64,000 nucleotides of DNA, from assembly GCA_964016885.1 (NCBI GenBank), contig OZ024741.1:286936001-287000000 (forward strand), written 5' to 3'. Positions 52,363-64,000 of this stretch are shown here, piece after piece. Both the position numbers and the translations under genes were made by a program. Position 1 is the first letter of the stretch. Every line of letters begins with the position of its first letter. Under the pieces are notes generated by a model that saw only the letters and a program-made list of their open reading frames with translations, made no database searches and was not told the DNA's origin. Source of the stretch: Eledone cirrhosa. Lineage: Eukaryota.

Positions 52363-52718
52363 AATAATAATAAATTTGAAGACTAAAATACAAAGAGGAT
52401 GTCTCCATGAACCATCTAATAGAATATTAGTCTACGACTTCATTTATACCATAAACGTGGTTTTGTCTTCGCGTGTAATTGTTTTCACTGCACCAAATAA
52501 TGACGTATTATCTTCGTGTTTTTTTTCGTTCTTTGCCAGGGAACGTTTCCACGAACCAAAGTATCGCCTTCATGTCTTCCCTCGGTTGCAACGTTTTTTG
52601 AAATATTTCACAGATTGACATTTTCAGTTTCAGAAGATCCCGTTAAGAGTGAAAGCAGCGATTCTTTGCTTAAACTTTAATCTGTTATTTTAATATATAT
52701 ATATATATATATATATAA

Positions 52719-52837
<119 letters not shown>

Positions 52838-52861
52838 TATATATATATATTTTTATATATA

Positions 52862-52897
<36 letters not shown>

Positions 52898-52914
52898 TTA
52901 AAATAACAGATTAA

Positions 52915-53002
<88 letters not shown>

Positions 53003-54783
53003 CACATAGTGGAAAGGAAAAAGATTTTTCAGTAGAAAATATTAATTTATTTACAATACCGGTTTATATTATATGCATTGACACTTGCGGATATGCACAA
53101 TATTGTTAAGTTGCATATTTGTACAAATAGGGATAACAATAAAAATAGAAAGGGGAAGAAAAATTAATTTTCACATATACATGCTCATTCAGAGAAGAGA
53201 GTTAATTTCTCTGTCCATACTTCTCTGCTACCAGCTTGGTTGTGACTGGAGAGAGTAGAGGAGAAAACGAGTAGATAGAGGAGGAGGAGGAGGCAGGGGA
53301 TAGTTGTTGTGGCAGCAGATTGCTGTCAGAGGGCCTTTGAATAGTGGATACAAGGTTTGGCTGGGACTGGTTTGAAAAGCCGGGTGAATTTAGAGTTGAC
53401 CGGGGGTTGGGGTGTTGATTGCTTCTAAAAATATCTATCTTGGTATTTTTTCTAAGAAGAAATCATCAACATTGACTTTGTTTTTTGCCACAAAGAAGAT
53501 TCAGAGTTGTTGAAATACTAATTCCATGCCTAGTAGAAATTTCAGATTTAGGGGATTGGAGAAAATTCTGCCACAAAGAGGGGTTCAGAGTCACTGGAAT
53601 ACCCGTTCTATCTGCAGCAGAAACTTCCAGATTCAGGGGAATGTAAAGCATTTAGTTTGACACCTGAATGCTTCCATTTATCCGATTATCTTCGTGGAAG
53701 TCCTCCAGGACTAGCTGATTTGGGTGTTTTTATGTGGTTGCTTGGCATGCATTGTATAGTTGTGAGAGGTTGCTGGAATCTTAGAGAAGGATACATTGCT
53801 AAAGGGTTAATTTGTCTAGGGTGTTAATTTTAAAGTGTGCCAGCTTTAGTTTAGTTCGAAGTGGAAGCATTTAGAAGGGGTTCGTATTTGGCGATAAATT
53901 GTGATTCCTTGCTAATGCGCTGAATGTAGGAAGCGTTGTCTTTAAATTTGTAGAGAGGAAAAATTCTAAAATTTGGTTTTTCATTAGATGCGCAGGTCGC
54001 AATGTGTTCACTTTGTCCTATCTTTCTGTATTCCCGTATTTTGATTTGGGATCTATGGACGGTCATATGTTGTCGGAGGCTGTTTTTGTCTTTCCTATGT
54101 AGTGCTGTCAACAACGTGAGCAGGTCAACACATAGATCAGGTTTTCTGATGCACATGTGAAATTGTATCTAACTGTAAAGTGTTGTCCTTGTTTGAAGTG
54201 GAACTCCGATCCCTCTATTAGATTGATACATATGCCACAGTTGCATCTTTCGCATTTTTTTACTGTAGGGTTCATTGTGAGGGTCGGCTGGACTTTGGCC
54301 TGTGTAAGGATGTTTTTCATTGTTGCTGCCACAATAACTATCCCCTGGATCCTCCTCCTCCTTCTACTCCTTTTCTCCTCTCCCCTCCTTCCCCATTTTT
54401 CTTCCCCTTTCTATTTTTATTATTATCACTACTTGTAGGACGGTGGATTGGCAGTATAGATAGAGGGTCGGACGCCATGCTTTGACGCAAAGAGTTACGG
54501 CTCTTTATGGTCTGAGTTCAAATTCCGCAGAGGTTAACTTTGCCTTCATCCTTACGGGGTAGATGAAATAAAGTACCAGTAATGCACTGGAATAATTGAT
54601 GGCCTTGTGGCAAAAGTAGAATAATTATTATCACTACTTGTACAAATATGCAAATTAACAATATTCTGCATATCCACAATTGACAATGCATATAATGCTG
54701 AAAATAAATTAATGTTTTAATATTTCACTGAATAATTCTCTTCAACATTTTCTACTGAAAAAATATTTTTCCTTTCCACTATT
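53003..54783 (-). mobile_element. 5'-truncated PLE: GIY-YIG fragment 53851-54320, 3'UTR to 53003, inverted copy of its 3' end at ~54325-54783
   Basis: CERCNCGIC, FTCASENLIYVLTC, LRQHMTVH..QI, E..FI.KYEP.LN; 53003-53310 mirrored at 54325-54783. Confidence 0.8.
54438..54625 (+). mobile_element. SINE with a target-site duplication of up to 19 bp
   Basis: attattatcactacttgta at 54419-54437 and 54624-54642. Confidence 0.88.
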
Positions 54784-54841
54784 TGTTTATATATATATCA
54801 ACTCGTGTGTTACCTTTCTACATTCGATATATATATATATA

Positions 54842-54916
<75 letters not shown>

Positions 54917-55611
54917 CGAAGTAGTTGTGGTAAGGAACCAGATGGACCATAACGCACTAGAGTACTCAATACTTAGGGTAGTAGAGTGGGTAATAGGAAA
55001 ATATATGACCCCGACGGCAGAGCTCAAGCCAGTAAGAGAAATAGCTCAATGTAAGGACATCAGTCGTTTTACAGAGCAGGAAAATAACTAACTTAAAACA
55101 TTCAATATAAACATTAACTAAATTTAATTCAACATATGTAATGGAAAAGACTGCAAAAACTTTATGTTTCTCAACACACACAAATTCAAACACTATCAAC
55201 ATACTATATCCACCATAGATTTTAATACATTAACATATTTGCTTAAAGTGCAATATTTACTTATCTATATATGCATAATAACTTTGCTTGTTTCCTTCTC
55301 ATATATATGACTAGGCGTGCACTCTCCGCACGCCTGCATATGTATTGTTAATGTACTTCCTTTCTCAAAACTCATTTCTCAATGCCTCTTTAATTATTGG
55401 ACTATTCTATTGTTTTATCTGTTGCATGTATTCCACTCTGTGCTTTTAATTTGAATTTGAATTTTTGTACAATTATTGTACAATTCTCGTAAAATATATG
55501 TCACATCCATTCCACCCTGTAAATACGAAACTGTTGCTCACAACATCAATATATATGTATCTATATTATTGTTCAGTTGCATAGGTGGTTAATTGTATGT
55601 ACAAACATTGA

Positions 55612-55665
55612 TAATGCTCCGATGATTCCAAACGAGAGTTTGGAAGAAACGATTGTCAGCTATTA
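55612..55665 (+). ncRNA. Type I hammerhead, CCGATGA variant, GUC site (relative of 46210)
   Basis: taatgct CCGATGA ttccaaac-gaga-gtttggaa GAAA cgattg TC agctatta. Confidence 0.8.
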
Positions 55666-55732
55666 AATGATTTGAACACAACTTTGATAATTGTCTCTCA
55701 AAATCTATATATATATATATATATATATATGT

Positions 55733-56172
55733 AAGTATGTTTTGAAACAGTGAGCGAGTTTGAAATTAGAAAATATATAGCTTTCACCGTATTTTTAACT
55801 GAAGGAATTTTAGCTTGATAACGGGGTTTAGAACCCTCAGATAAATGGAAAAAGATGAGTATTGACGTACATGGGAGTCGAACCCACATCTGTGGTTATC
55901 GCGACCACTGTGCTACCATTACACCAACACATCACCCATCGCTTTCCATTCAAATTAGAAACTACATTCTTAGCGAGTTTAAATGGCAAGTATGTTTTCA
56001 AACAGTGAGCGAGTGTAATGGTAGCACAGTGGTCGCGATAACCACAGATGTGGGTTCGACTCCCATGTACGTCAATACTCATCTTTTTCCATTTATCTGA
56101 GGGTTCTAAACCCCGTTATCAAGCTAAAATTCCTTTAGTTAAAAATACGGTGAAAGCTATATATTTTCTAAT
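55733..56172. repeat. Inverted repeat (~160-bp arms) carrying divergent tRNA-like sequences, inside (TA)n
   Basis: Arms ~55765-55924 / 56012-56172; gtgtaatggtagcac D-arm, gtggt-cgcgata-accac, gtgggttcgactcccat T-arm; direct repeat 55733-55758 / 55988-56013. Confidence 0.85.
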
Positions 56173-56550
56173 ATATATATATATATATTTATAATATATT
56201 AATCATTATAATAGAATAACCACCCTGACGGTGTGCATAAACAATACCAAAAACAATGGAATAATATACTGACATTAAAAAATATATAAAACTACATCAT
56301 ACGTATCATTTAAGGTCAACAAATTGTACGTGTCTGTTATATAGTTATAGAGGTGCGTATGTACATTTTAATTTATATTTTTAATTATTGTGTGCCTACC
56401 CTGCCTTCCATAGGTTATAGATTCCATACACTGGTGGTCTCCCTGTTTTATTGATGGTACACACACTCTCTCTCTAGTGAGTTACCCTTTCTACATATTC
56501 TATTTTATATATATATATATACATATATATATATGTATGTACACTCACAG

Positions 56551-56608
<58 letters not shown>

Positions 56609-56645
56609 ATATATATAAATATGCATACACACATATATATATTTC

Positions 56646-56736
<91 letters not shown>

Positions 56737-57394
56737 TTTTCTATCACCCAACTTTCGATTACAACATTTAATGTGCCGACATTGTATTCTGAAATTGGAA
56801 AATTGAATATTGCGGATGTTGAAAAAGATTGAGAGACAAAATTAACAAAACAAAAAAACAAACTAAAAACGCAAAATAAAAGCCGCTTTGTGTTGTATTT
56901 GATTACATAGCTAATGTTCCTGTGAAACACTACATTTTAAATCAGCAGGAAGTAAATTCAGCAATAAATTAAGGTTTCATTTACTCATAAAGTATATGAA
57001 TGAAATGTTTAACGCTAAATCAAATTTTAAGGAACTACAAAATACTTCACAAATATATAGATACATAAACATAAGCATACATAATAAATGCACACACACG
57101 TACATATACACACAAATATACAAACAATATATATGTATATATATATATATACACACACGTATATACAGGATGTATAAAAACGAATTATTATCCGTATATA
57201 TGTATATATGTATATAAATTGGATGATTATATTTGATACACACTGTATGTACATACATACATACATACATACATGTATATACATATAAATATATACATAT
57301 ACATATATATATATATATACATATATATATACACATATATATACATATATATATATATATACATATATATATACATATATATATATATACACAT

Positions 57395-57510
<116 letters not shown>

Positions 57511-59059
57511 ATATATACATATACATATATATATACATATACATATATATATATACATATACATACATACATATATATATATATACATTCATATATATAT
57601 ATGAATGTATATATAGTGTATTTTGCAATACACTGTATGCTTAATTAAAAGCATTTTGAAGACCTTACGCTATTGTTTTAAAATAGTCACTATGTCACTT
57701 ACTTCTTTTTTCAACAAACAAAGGGAGATAAGCTGACAGATCTCTGTTTCGTACTGCTGGTACTCCTCAGAGCTTATCACTCCCTTTACCTGCTGAAAAT
57801 TATGAATGTTGGATTCTTATAGAATTCCAGTAATAATCAGGAACTGATTATACAGAGCGGTTGCCAGTCCAGCGAACATTGAACATTCGAATTGGTGCTC
57901 TGAAATATTATATTCCATGGGCGATAAGTACCAGTCAAGTATCAACATTGCCCTTTCCCCAAATTTGTTGGTATTGTGCATTAATTAGAAATCAATATAT
58001 CGTCTCTTAATCTGATCATTTTAAAACCCAAATATATAATGCCACAAAGTTTCTGAATAACTTCCAGAAGAACATAAATTTGATTCCATTTTATCTGATT
58101 AAGATAAAATATCATTTATAGGAATTTCAGCCCTTTTTAACCAACACAATAGTTATCTCTTTTCATTGATAATTATAAGATTAGTAATCGATAAATCTGG
58201 TTGAGATAATGGAAGATTAAAGTTTCACTGTTTATGGATGCTTTCCAATATCTTTTTCACCTGATTATGTTTTTACTTGTGATAGATTTGCAACGTAATC
58301 TGTTATTTCTTTTTGAAATCCATTTTTTTGCCGATTCACCGGTTTATCATTATTTTTAAAACATTATTTCCAAATAAATAATTATCAATTTTTAACAGTA
58401 TACATGTAATCAAAGAGAGAGGGAAAATAAAATAGTGAAAGAAAGAAAAAGACAGTTTCAAAGTATGAAGTGGAAAGAACTAACTAGAAGGTTTATTCAA
58501 CCTCTCCACCTTTTCTCGCCGACTATTATTTATAGTGATCAAATAATATCATGGTAATTTGCACTGGGATAAAAACAATTTAAATTGAAAAATTTTCCGA
58601 TGATTCTTAAGCCAACCGGTTGGTTACATTTATGTGTACATGCTTAAAATCTAAAAGACGGAATTAGTAGCCAGTACTTCTTTAGAGTTGTGGTTAATGC
58701 ATTCGGCTAGCATCCACGTGATGCACTATTTAATTCTTCGCAGGCACCTCTGTGACTTTTTTCCGTCTCCAGGGTTTTTTTTACCCGATTTTCTCAACTA
58801 TTATTTATAGTGATTGACAATTATTATGGTCATTTGCTTTGGGACAAGTACATTTCAAATTATATTGTTTAAAATAATAATTATTGCAATATATTGTTGA
58901 GAGTACTGAATCATAGTATGGTGTGGTATGGTCCCGTAACTCCCGCCGAGGGAGTCGTAGGGGTACCATATTGACATAAGGAGTTTATGTCCTCCACCAG
59001 GCCTGAGTACAGCAGATTACTTCAAGAAATGGATTGAAAGTGAGAGAGGAAATGAGAAA

Positions 59060-59493
59060 GAGATATAGAGGAAGAATGGACCACAGTACTAGACTGGTAC
59101 ATTTTTTATCGAATTTGAAAGGATGAAATGCAAAGTTGCCCTCGGCGGGATTTGAACTCAAGAGAGTAGTGAGTCGGAACGATTACCATAAAGTATTCTA
59201 TCCGATGTTCTAACTACTCTGCCAAATCGCAGACTATGAACATGGTTAGCCTTGTTATAGGAGAGGTGAATGATCGGGCTTGAAATTACAAGGATAACCT
59301 TGCCTACTTGGACACCTTCAGAGATATAGAGGAAGAATGAACCACAGTATTAGACTGGTACATTTTTATCGAGCTCGAATGGATGAAAGGCAAAGTTGAC
59401 CTCGGCGGGATTTGAACTCAGAGAGAAGAGAACCGAAACGAATTCTACAAAACATTCAATCTAACGTTCTAACGACTTTGTTAATTTGCCACC
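59060..59493 (-). mobile_element. Two SINE copies duplicated together with their flank (~260-bp period)
   Basis: agatatagaggaagaatg.accacagta.tagactggtacattttt precedes both SINE cores. Confidence 0.7.
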
Positions 59494-59869
59494 ATAATGG
59501 TAGTATAAATTATGGAAATCTTTTAATAGTGGAATTATATAATCTTTTCAATTATACATTAACGAAGCAGTACATCAAATTTTAAGAAGGTTTATATTAA
59601 ATTGAAGAATTGGATGACAAAGTTGTTTGAAACGTAATGTTTGATTTAATGTTTGATTTATGGAAGAAGAATATGTAATTATATATTGAAAGGAAAAACA
59701 ATAATAGTGAAATGAATCGTTAAATAAATTTGAGGAAAACTTTACAAATATAGAAAACGTTAATAATTTCTGAAGAAATACTCTGAAGTGAAGTCTCGTG
59801 TGTTTGCTGTCATTGTTGTTGTTGGATAGCCGCTGTTTCCGATGACGTGTTTTAGTTGTTTGAAGAATA

Positions 59870-60182
59870 GGACAGCCTGCACGTGAAATTAACGTGTAAA
59901 TGGAGTTCTCAAGGAAATTCAGCGTAATGTAGTGTATGACAATGTTAGCTCTTTCAACTACAGATACTACTCATTTCTACGAGCTGACAAGACCAGAACA
60001 ACGACAAATAGAGTGTCTTGTTCAAGGAAATCGAACCCACGACCTTACGAACGTGAGCCAAACATCCTAACCACTAACACACGTGCATTCATACATATAT
60101 ACACACGCACACACACCGGCGTCTGCACAGTTCTCATCTACAAAATTCTACTCATAAGGCATAAAGCAAAACATATTCTGTT

Positions 60183-60253
<71 letters not shown>

Positions 60254-60370
60254 TGAAGGTGTGTGGCTGAGTTCGCAATTGTGAGGTTGTGAGTTCGGTT
60301 CCCGGACCCGGCGATGCCTTATGTCCTTGAGCAAGACACTTTATTTCACGCTGTTCCTTCTACCTGGAGT
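59870..60370. mobile_element. Two decayed SINE fragments (59870-60090 minus; 60253-60370 plus)
   Basis: B-box-like atcgaacccac and gagttcggttccc; gtccttgagcaagacactttatttcac core. Confidence 0.6.
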
Positions 60371-60477
60371 TGCGACCGATAGATAGTATTAGCAACTAGA
60401 AAGACCAACGGAAACATTGTTTCCTCAGTCCGATTTGACGAAAGTCGATCGATATAAAAAAAATATATATATATACG

Positions 60478-60640
<163 letters not shown>

Positions 60641-60855
60641 GTATATATAAGTATAAGTATATAAAGAGCTACAAACACACATGTAATTTAGTTCTTTGCA
60701 TTTATACTCTATACATTTCTTTACACAGGAATACATTATCGAACGGGATAATAAAAATCGATGAAGCTGTAAGATACCAATTATGCATAGATAATATACA
60801 ATTCCATTGTGATACAAATCAAAGAAATGAATATATGTATGTATGTATATATATT

Positions 60856-60897
<42 letters not shown>

Positions 60898-61024
60898 GGA
60901 AAATGTTTAACCCCGACGGCAGAGCTCATATTTATATATATACATTTATACATGTATATATAAGTATATATACATATGTGCGTATACATACATATAGATA
61001 CATAATCTCTCTCTCTCTCTCTCT

Positions 61025-61122
<98 letters not shown>

Positions 61123-61427
61123 CCCCCCCACAAATATAGATTTATAGAAAGAAGAAGACATAAAATCATTCAATGAATGTATTAAGACAATTCTATGACA
61201 AATACCGCTTGAGATATACTTTCAGATTAGTCGAAACTAACACGCATAACAAAAATAAACACAATTAGGGGAAAAACTAGAAATACAGGATTTAGAACAA
61301 CTCTTATGCAAATACTTAACATTAAATGAAGCAAACAGTATATTACATACACTAAAGAATAGAATTAGTACTGGTGACTACAAGCGACGATAAAATATTG
61401 GCATTAACACTATCTCTCTCTCTCCCC

Positions 61428-61464
<37 letters not shown>

Positions 61465-61465
<1 letters not shown>

Positions 61466-61912
61466 GTATACGTACATACATATATGTATACAGACGTACA
61501 GTAGTATGTATATATATACATACATGCACACATATATATATATGCACGTATCGGTTTACCGAACATTTATTATAATGCTCAGTTTGTTTGTTTGTAAACA
61601 AACAAACAGCCCGAATTATGCCGTACAGTGTTTAGGCAACCACGTCACCTTTTTGTTCAATACTGACACAGGAATGATGTACTAGTTTCAAGTACATCGT
61701 TCCTGTGTTAGTGTTGAACAAAAAAGTGACGTGGTTGCCTAAACACTGTACGGCGTAATTCGGGCTGTTTGTTTGTTTACAAACAAACAAACCGAGCATT
61801 ATAATAAATGTCCGGTAAACCGCTACGTGCATATATATATGTGTGCATGTATGTATATATATATACATACTACTGTACGTCTGTATACATATATGTATGT
61901 ACGTATACATAC
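61465..61912. repeat. Fold-back palindrome with ~220-bp arms; third copy 62128-62285
   Basis: Apex gatgtact-agtttca-agtacatc at 61676-61698. Confidence 0.9.
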
Positions 61913-62101
61913 ACACTTACATTTAAGTAAGTGCCGTACTAAGAGTGAGAAATGAAATTTCGTTTCATTCTATTCCATTTATCGTTTTCGGTGTGCCCGG
62001 CCGACTGAACTCACTCGATATGCAAATTAGGCTGCCCAGCCGTTAATATGCATAAGGAAAGTATATACTTTCAGACGTTCAACCATCTGATAGGAAGGTA
62101 T

Positions 62102-62144
62102 ACGATACTGACGATAGCTAATAAGCTTGAAACTAGTACATCGT
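62102..62144 (+). ncRNA. Minimal type I hammerhead, GUA site
   Basis: acgata CTGACGA t-agct-aata-agct-t GAAA ctag TA catcgt. Confidence 0.82.
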
Positions 62145-62427
62145 TCCTGTGTCAGTGTTGAACAAAAAGGTGACGTGGTTGCCTAAACACTGTACGGCGT
62201 AATTCGGGCTGTTTGTTTGTTTACAAACAAACAAACCGAGCATTATAATAAATGCTCGGTAAACCGATACATGCATATATATATGTGTGTGTGTGTAGAG
62301 GTTACATTTAATTTGTTGGGATACAACAAGCAAAATATTTTTATAACTGATATAAAGCACTTAACAAATTATTGGAGTAAATATACAATATATTAACAAA
62401 TGGAAACTATATTTATAAAACCATATC

Positions 62428-62493
62428 TATTTCATTATACATATTTCAAGGGCCACCAATGCAGATTATGGTGCGCTTTCATCAGATAAAATA
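62428..62493 (-). ncRNA. Type I hammerhead, canonical core, in the 3'UTR of the PLE at 63499-64000
   Basis: tattttat CTGATGA aagcgcacca...tggtggccctt GAAA tatgta TA atgaaata. Confidence 0.82.
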
Positions 62494-63498
62494 TAATATA
62501 GATTAGTTTTATAAATAAATATTGACATACCCTGAAAAAATACAACCTTCACGGTTGGAGTTCCCTGGATAGTGGAGATATTAGATTTATTGTTGGTTTA
62601 GTATGCAAATTAGTGTCGGAAAGATTTAAATAACAGTATATTTAAATTAAACCGTTGGAAGAGGGAAAAAAGAAAGAGAAAAAAAAGAAGAAAGGGAAAA
62701 GAAATTGTTTATATACATTTTTGCCAGTGGGAGAGAGTAAACGTGACTATATTTAAGTGAGAGAGAATATTAGTTATAAGGACAGTAATAGCGTAATTTT
62801 GTTTACGTGAGAGGAGAGAAGAAGTGAAGAAATGAATATAGCGTGGATGAATAATAGCCGGATTCATTATAATGATAGGTTAAAGAATTTTATCTAAGGT
62901 TTAATTAATAAATTTGATTAAATGTTTAATTAATAATTTAGTAGTTTACTCAGTAGTTTAAATGTGTATGTTCGATTATTAAAAAATTGAAAACTTTTAT
63001 ATATTATTAAAAAAATATATTATTATTACAAAAACATATATATTATTATTATAATAAAAAAATATATATTATCATTAATTATTAATTATTAAAAAATTGT
63101 AGGTTCAAAGTATCCAAATAATTCTAAGCCCATGGGAATTCCGAGAGTTTACAGAAGAAGAATCTCTTATTTGTATTATAATAGCAGTACAGCATAAAGG
63201 AAATTATTAGTGATTTATTAATAATTCAGATAACTCTGAATTATAATTTTAAAAAAATATAAGAATATAGAAATATAAAATACACAATATAAAATATGAA
63301 TTATACATTTCTTATACCCATCAGAGGAATTTTCAAAAAATGTTCCTTAAATCTTTCAGTACGTTTATCAAGAAAAACTTTTCGAGAAAAATTTGTTTTC
63401 CTTAAGAGAGTTATAAGCAGTCATATAAAGGAATCTAATGATTTATCGATAGGTGTAATAATAATAGAGGATATTATGTAAAAGAGATGAGTTATGTA

Positions 63499-64000
63499 TT
63501 ACATTTTATATATATATTTAAACGTTGAATTCAACCGATGTTTACAAGAACTAAATAAGTTATTCCTTAAATTGACAAAATTCTTACTTCTTAATATAAA
63601 GAATATTTCCTCTATACAAAGAGCACAATTTTCAGATGAAGCATTGAATGAAAGAGCTTTGGAGATAATATTCCAAAGTAAAGAACAGTTAATGTTCTTT
63701 GATTTTAGGTCCCATGGTAAATTAAATAGAGAAGTTGAAGATTTTTTATTAATATTCGTAAAAGAGCATTTATGGTTATTAAAACGGGACTTAAAATCTG
63801 TGGAGGTAGAGCCTACATAATTAAATGAATTTAAATTAGTTTTTACATTACAATTATATACTATATTTTTAACTAAACAATTATTATTTAGCGGACAGTT
63901 AGATTTATTTCTACAGTTATATTTATCTAAATTTGAGTTACTAGGAGCTGTATTATTAAATTGGATATTGCTGGGGTTATTAATGGTATTCTGGTTAAGT
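63499..64000 (-). pseudogene. Naiad-like PLE GIY-YIG endonuclease, runs off the window edge, frameshift near 63840
   Basis: Manual translation YNCRNKSNCPLNNNCLVKNIVY...NYVGSTSTDFKSRFNNH...WDLK...WNII...CALCIEE...CKHR. Confidence 0.88.

Noticed and set aside
56008-56073. Functional tRNA gene
   Set aside because: No U33, no clear acceptor stem, and it lies in an inverted repeat; treated as tRNA-derived
63296-63820. Plus-strand ORFs of 61 and 108 aa
   Set aside because: The 108-aa ORF is the antisense shadow of the minus-strand GIY-YIG; the 61-aa ORF is antisense to its 3'UTR

Overview
Eukaryotic, AT- and microsatellite-rich repeat DNA. The tRNA-derived SINEs resemble octopus/cephalopod ones, but that taxon call is an inference. 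I found no confidently intact host gene; most ORF-track entries are (TA)n/(CA)n/(GA)n/(GGT)n translation artefacts. Main content: (1) four L1-group/Tx1-like LINE copies, three of them head-to-tail, each bounded by (TCTA)n and lacking poly(A); (2) at least seven Penelope-like element (PLE) coding fragments, five of the YRDD/CxC 'Naiad-like' type, most with inverted pseudo-LTRs, including a nested ~8.3-kb double inverted repeat; (3) about 15 type-I hammerhead ribozyme motifs found by eye, with palindromic stem III, some with very large stem-II inserts or a recurrent CCGANGA core, and two fold-back palindromes whose apex lies inside a hammerhead; (4) a head-to-head Helitron-like palindrome inserted into a SINE; (5) RTE LINE fragments, many SINEs and two inverted tRNA-like pairs. 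All folds and alignments were done by eye and need computational confirmation.
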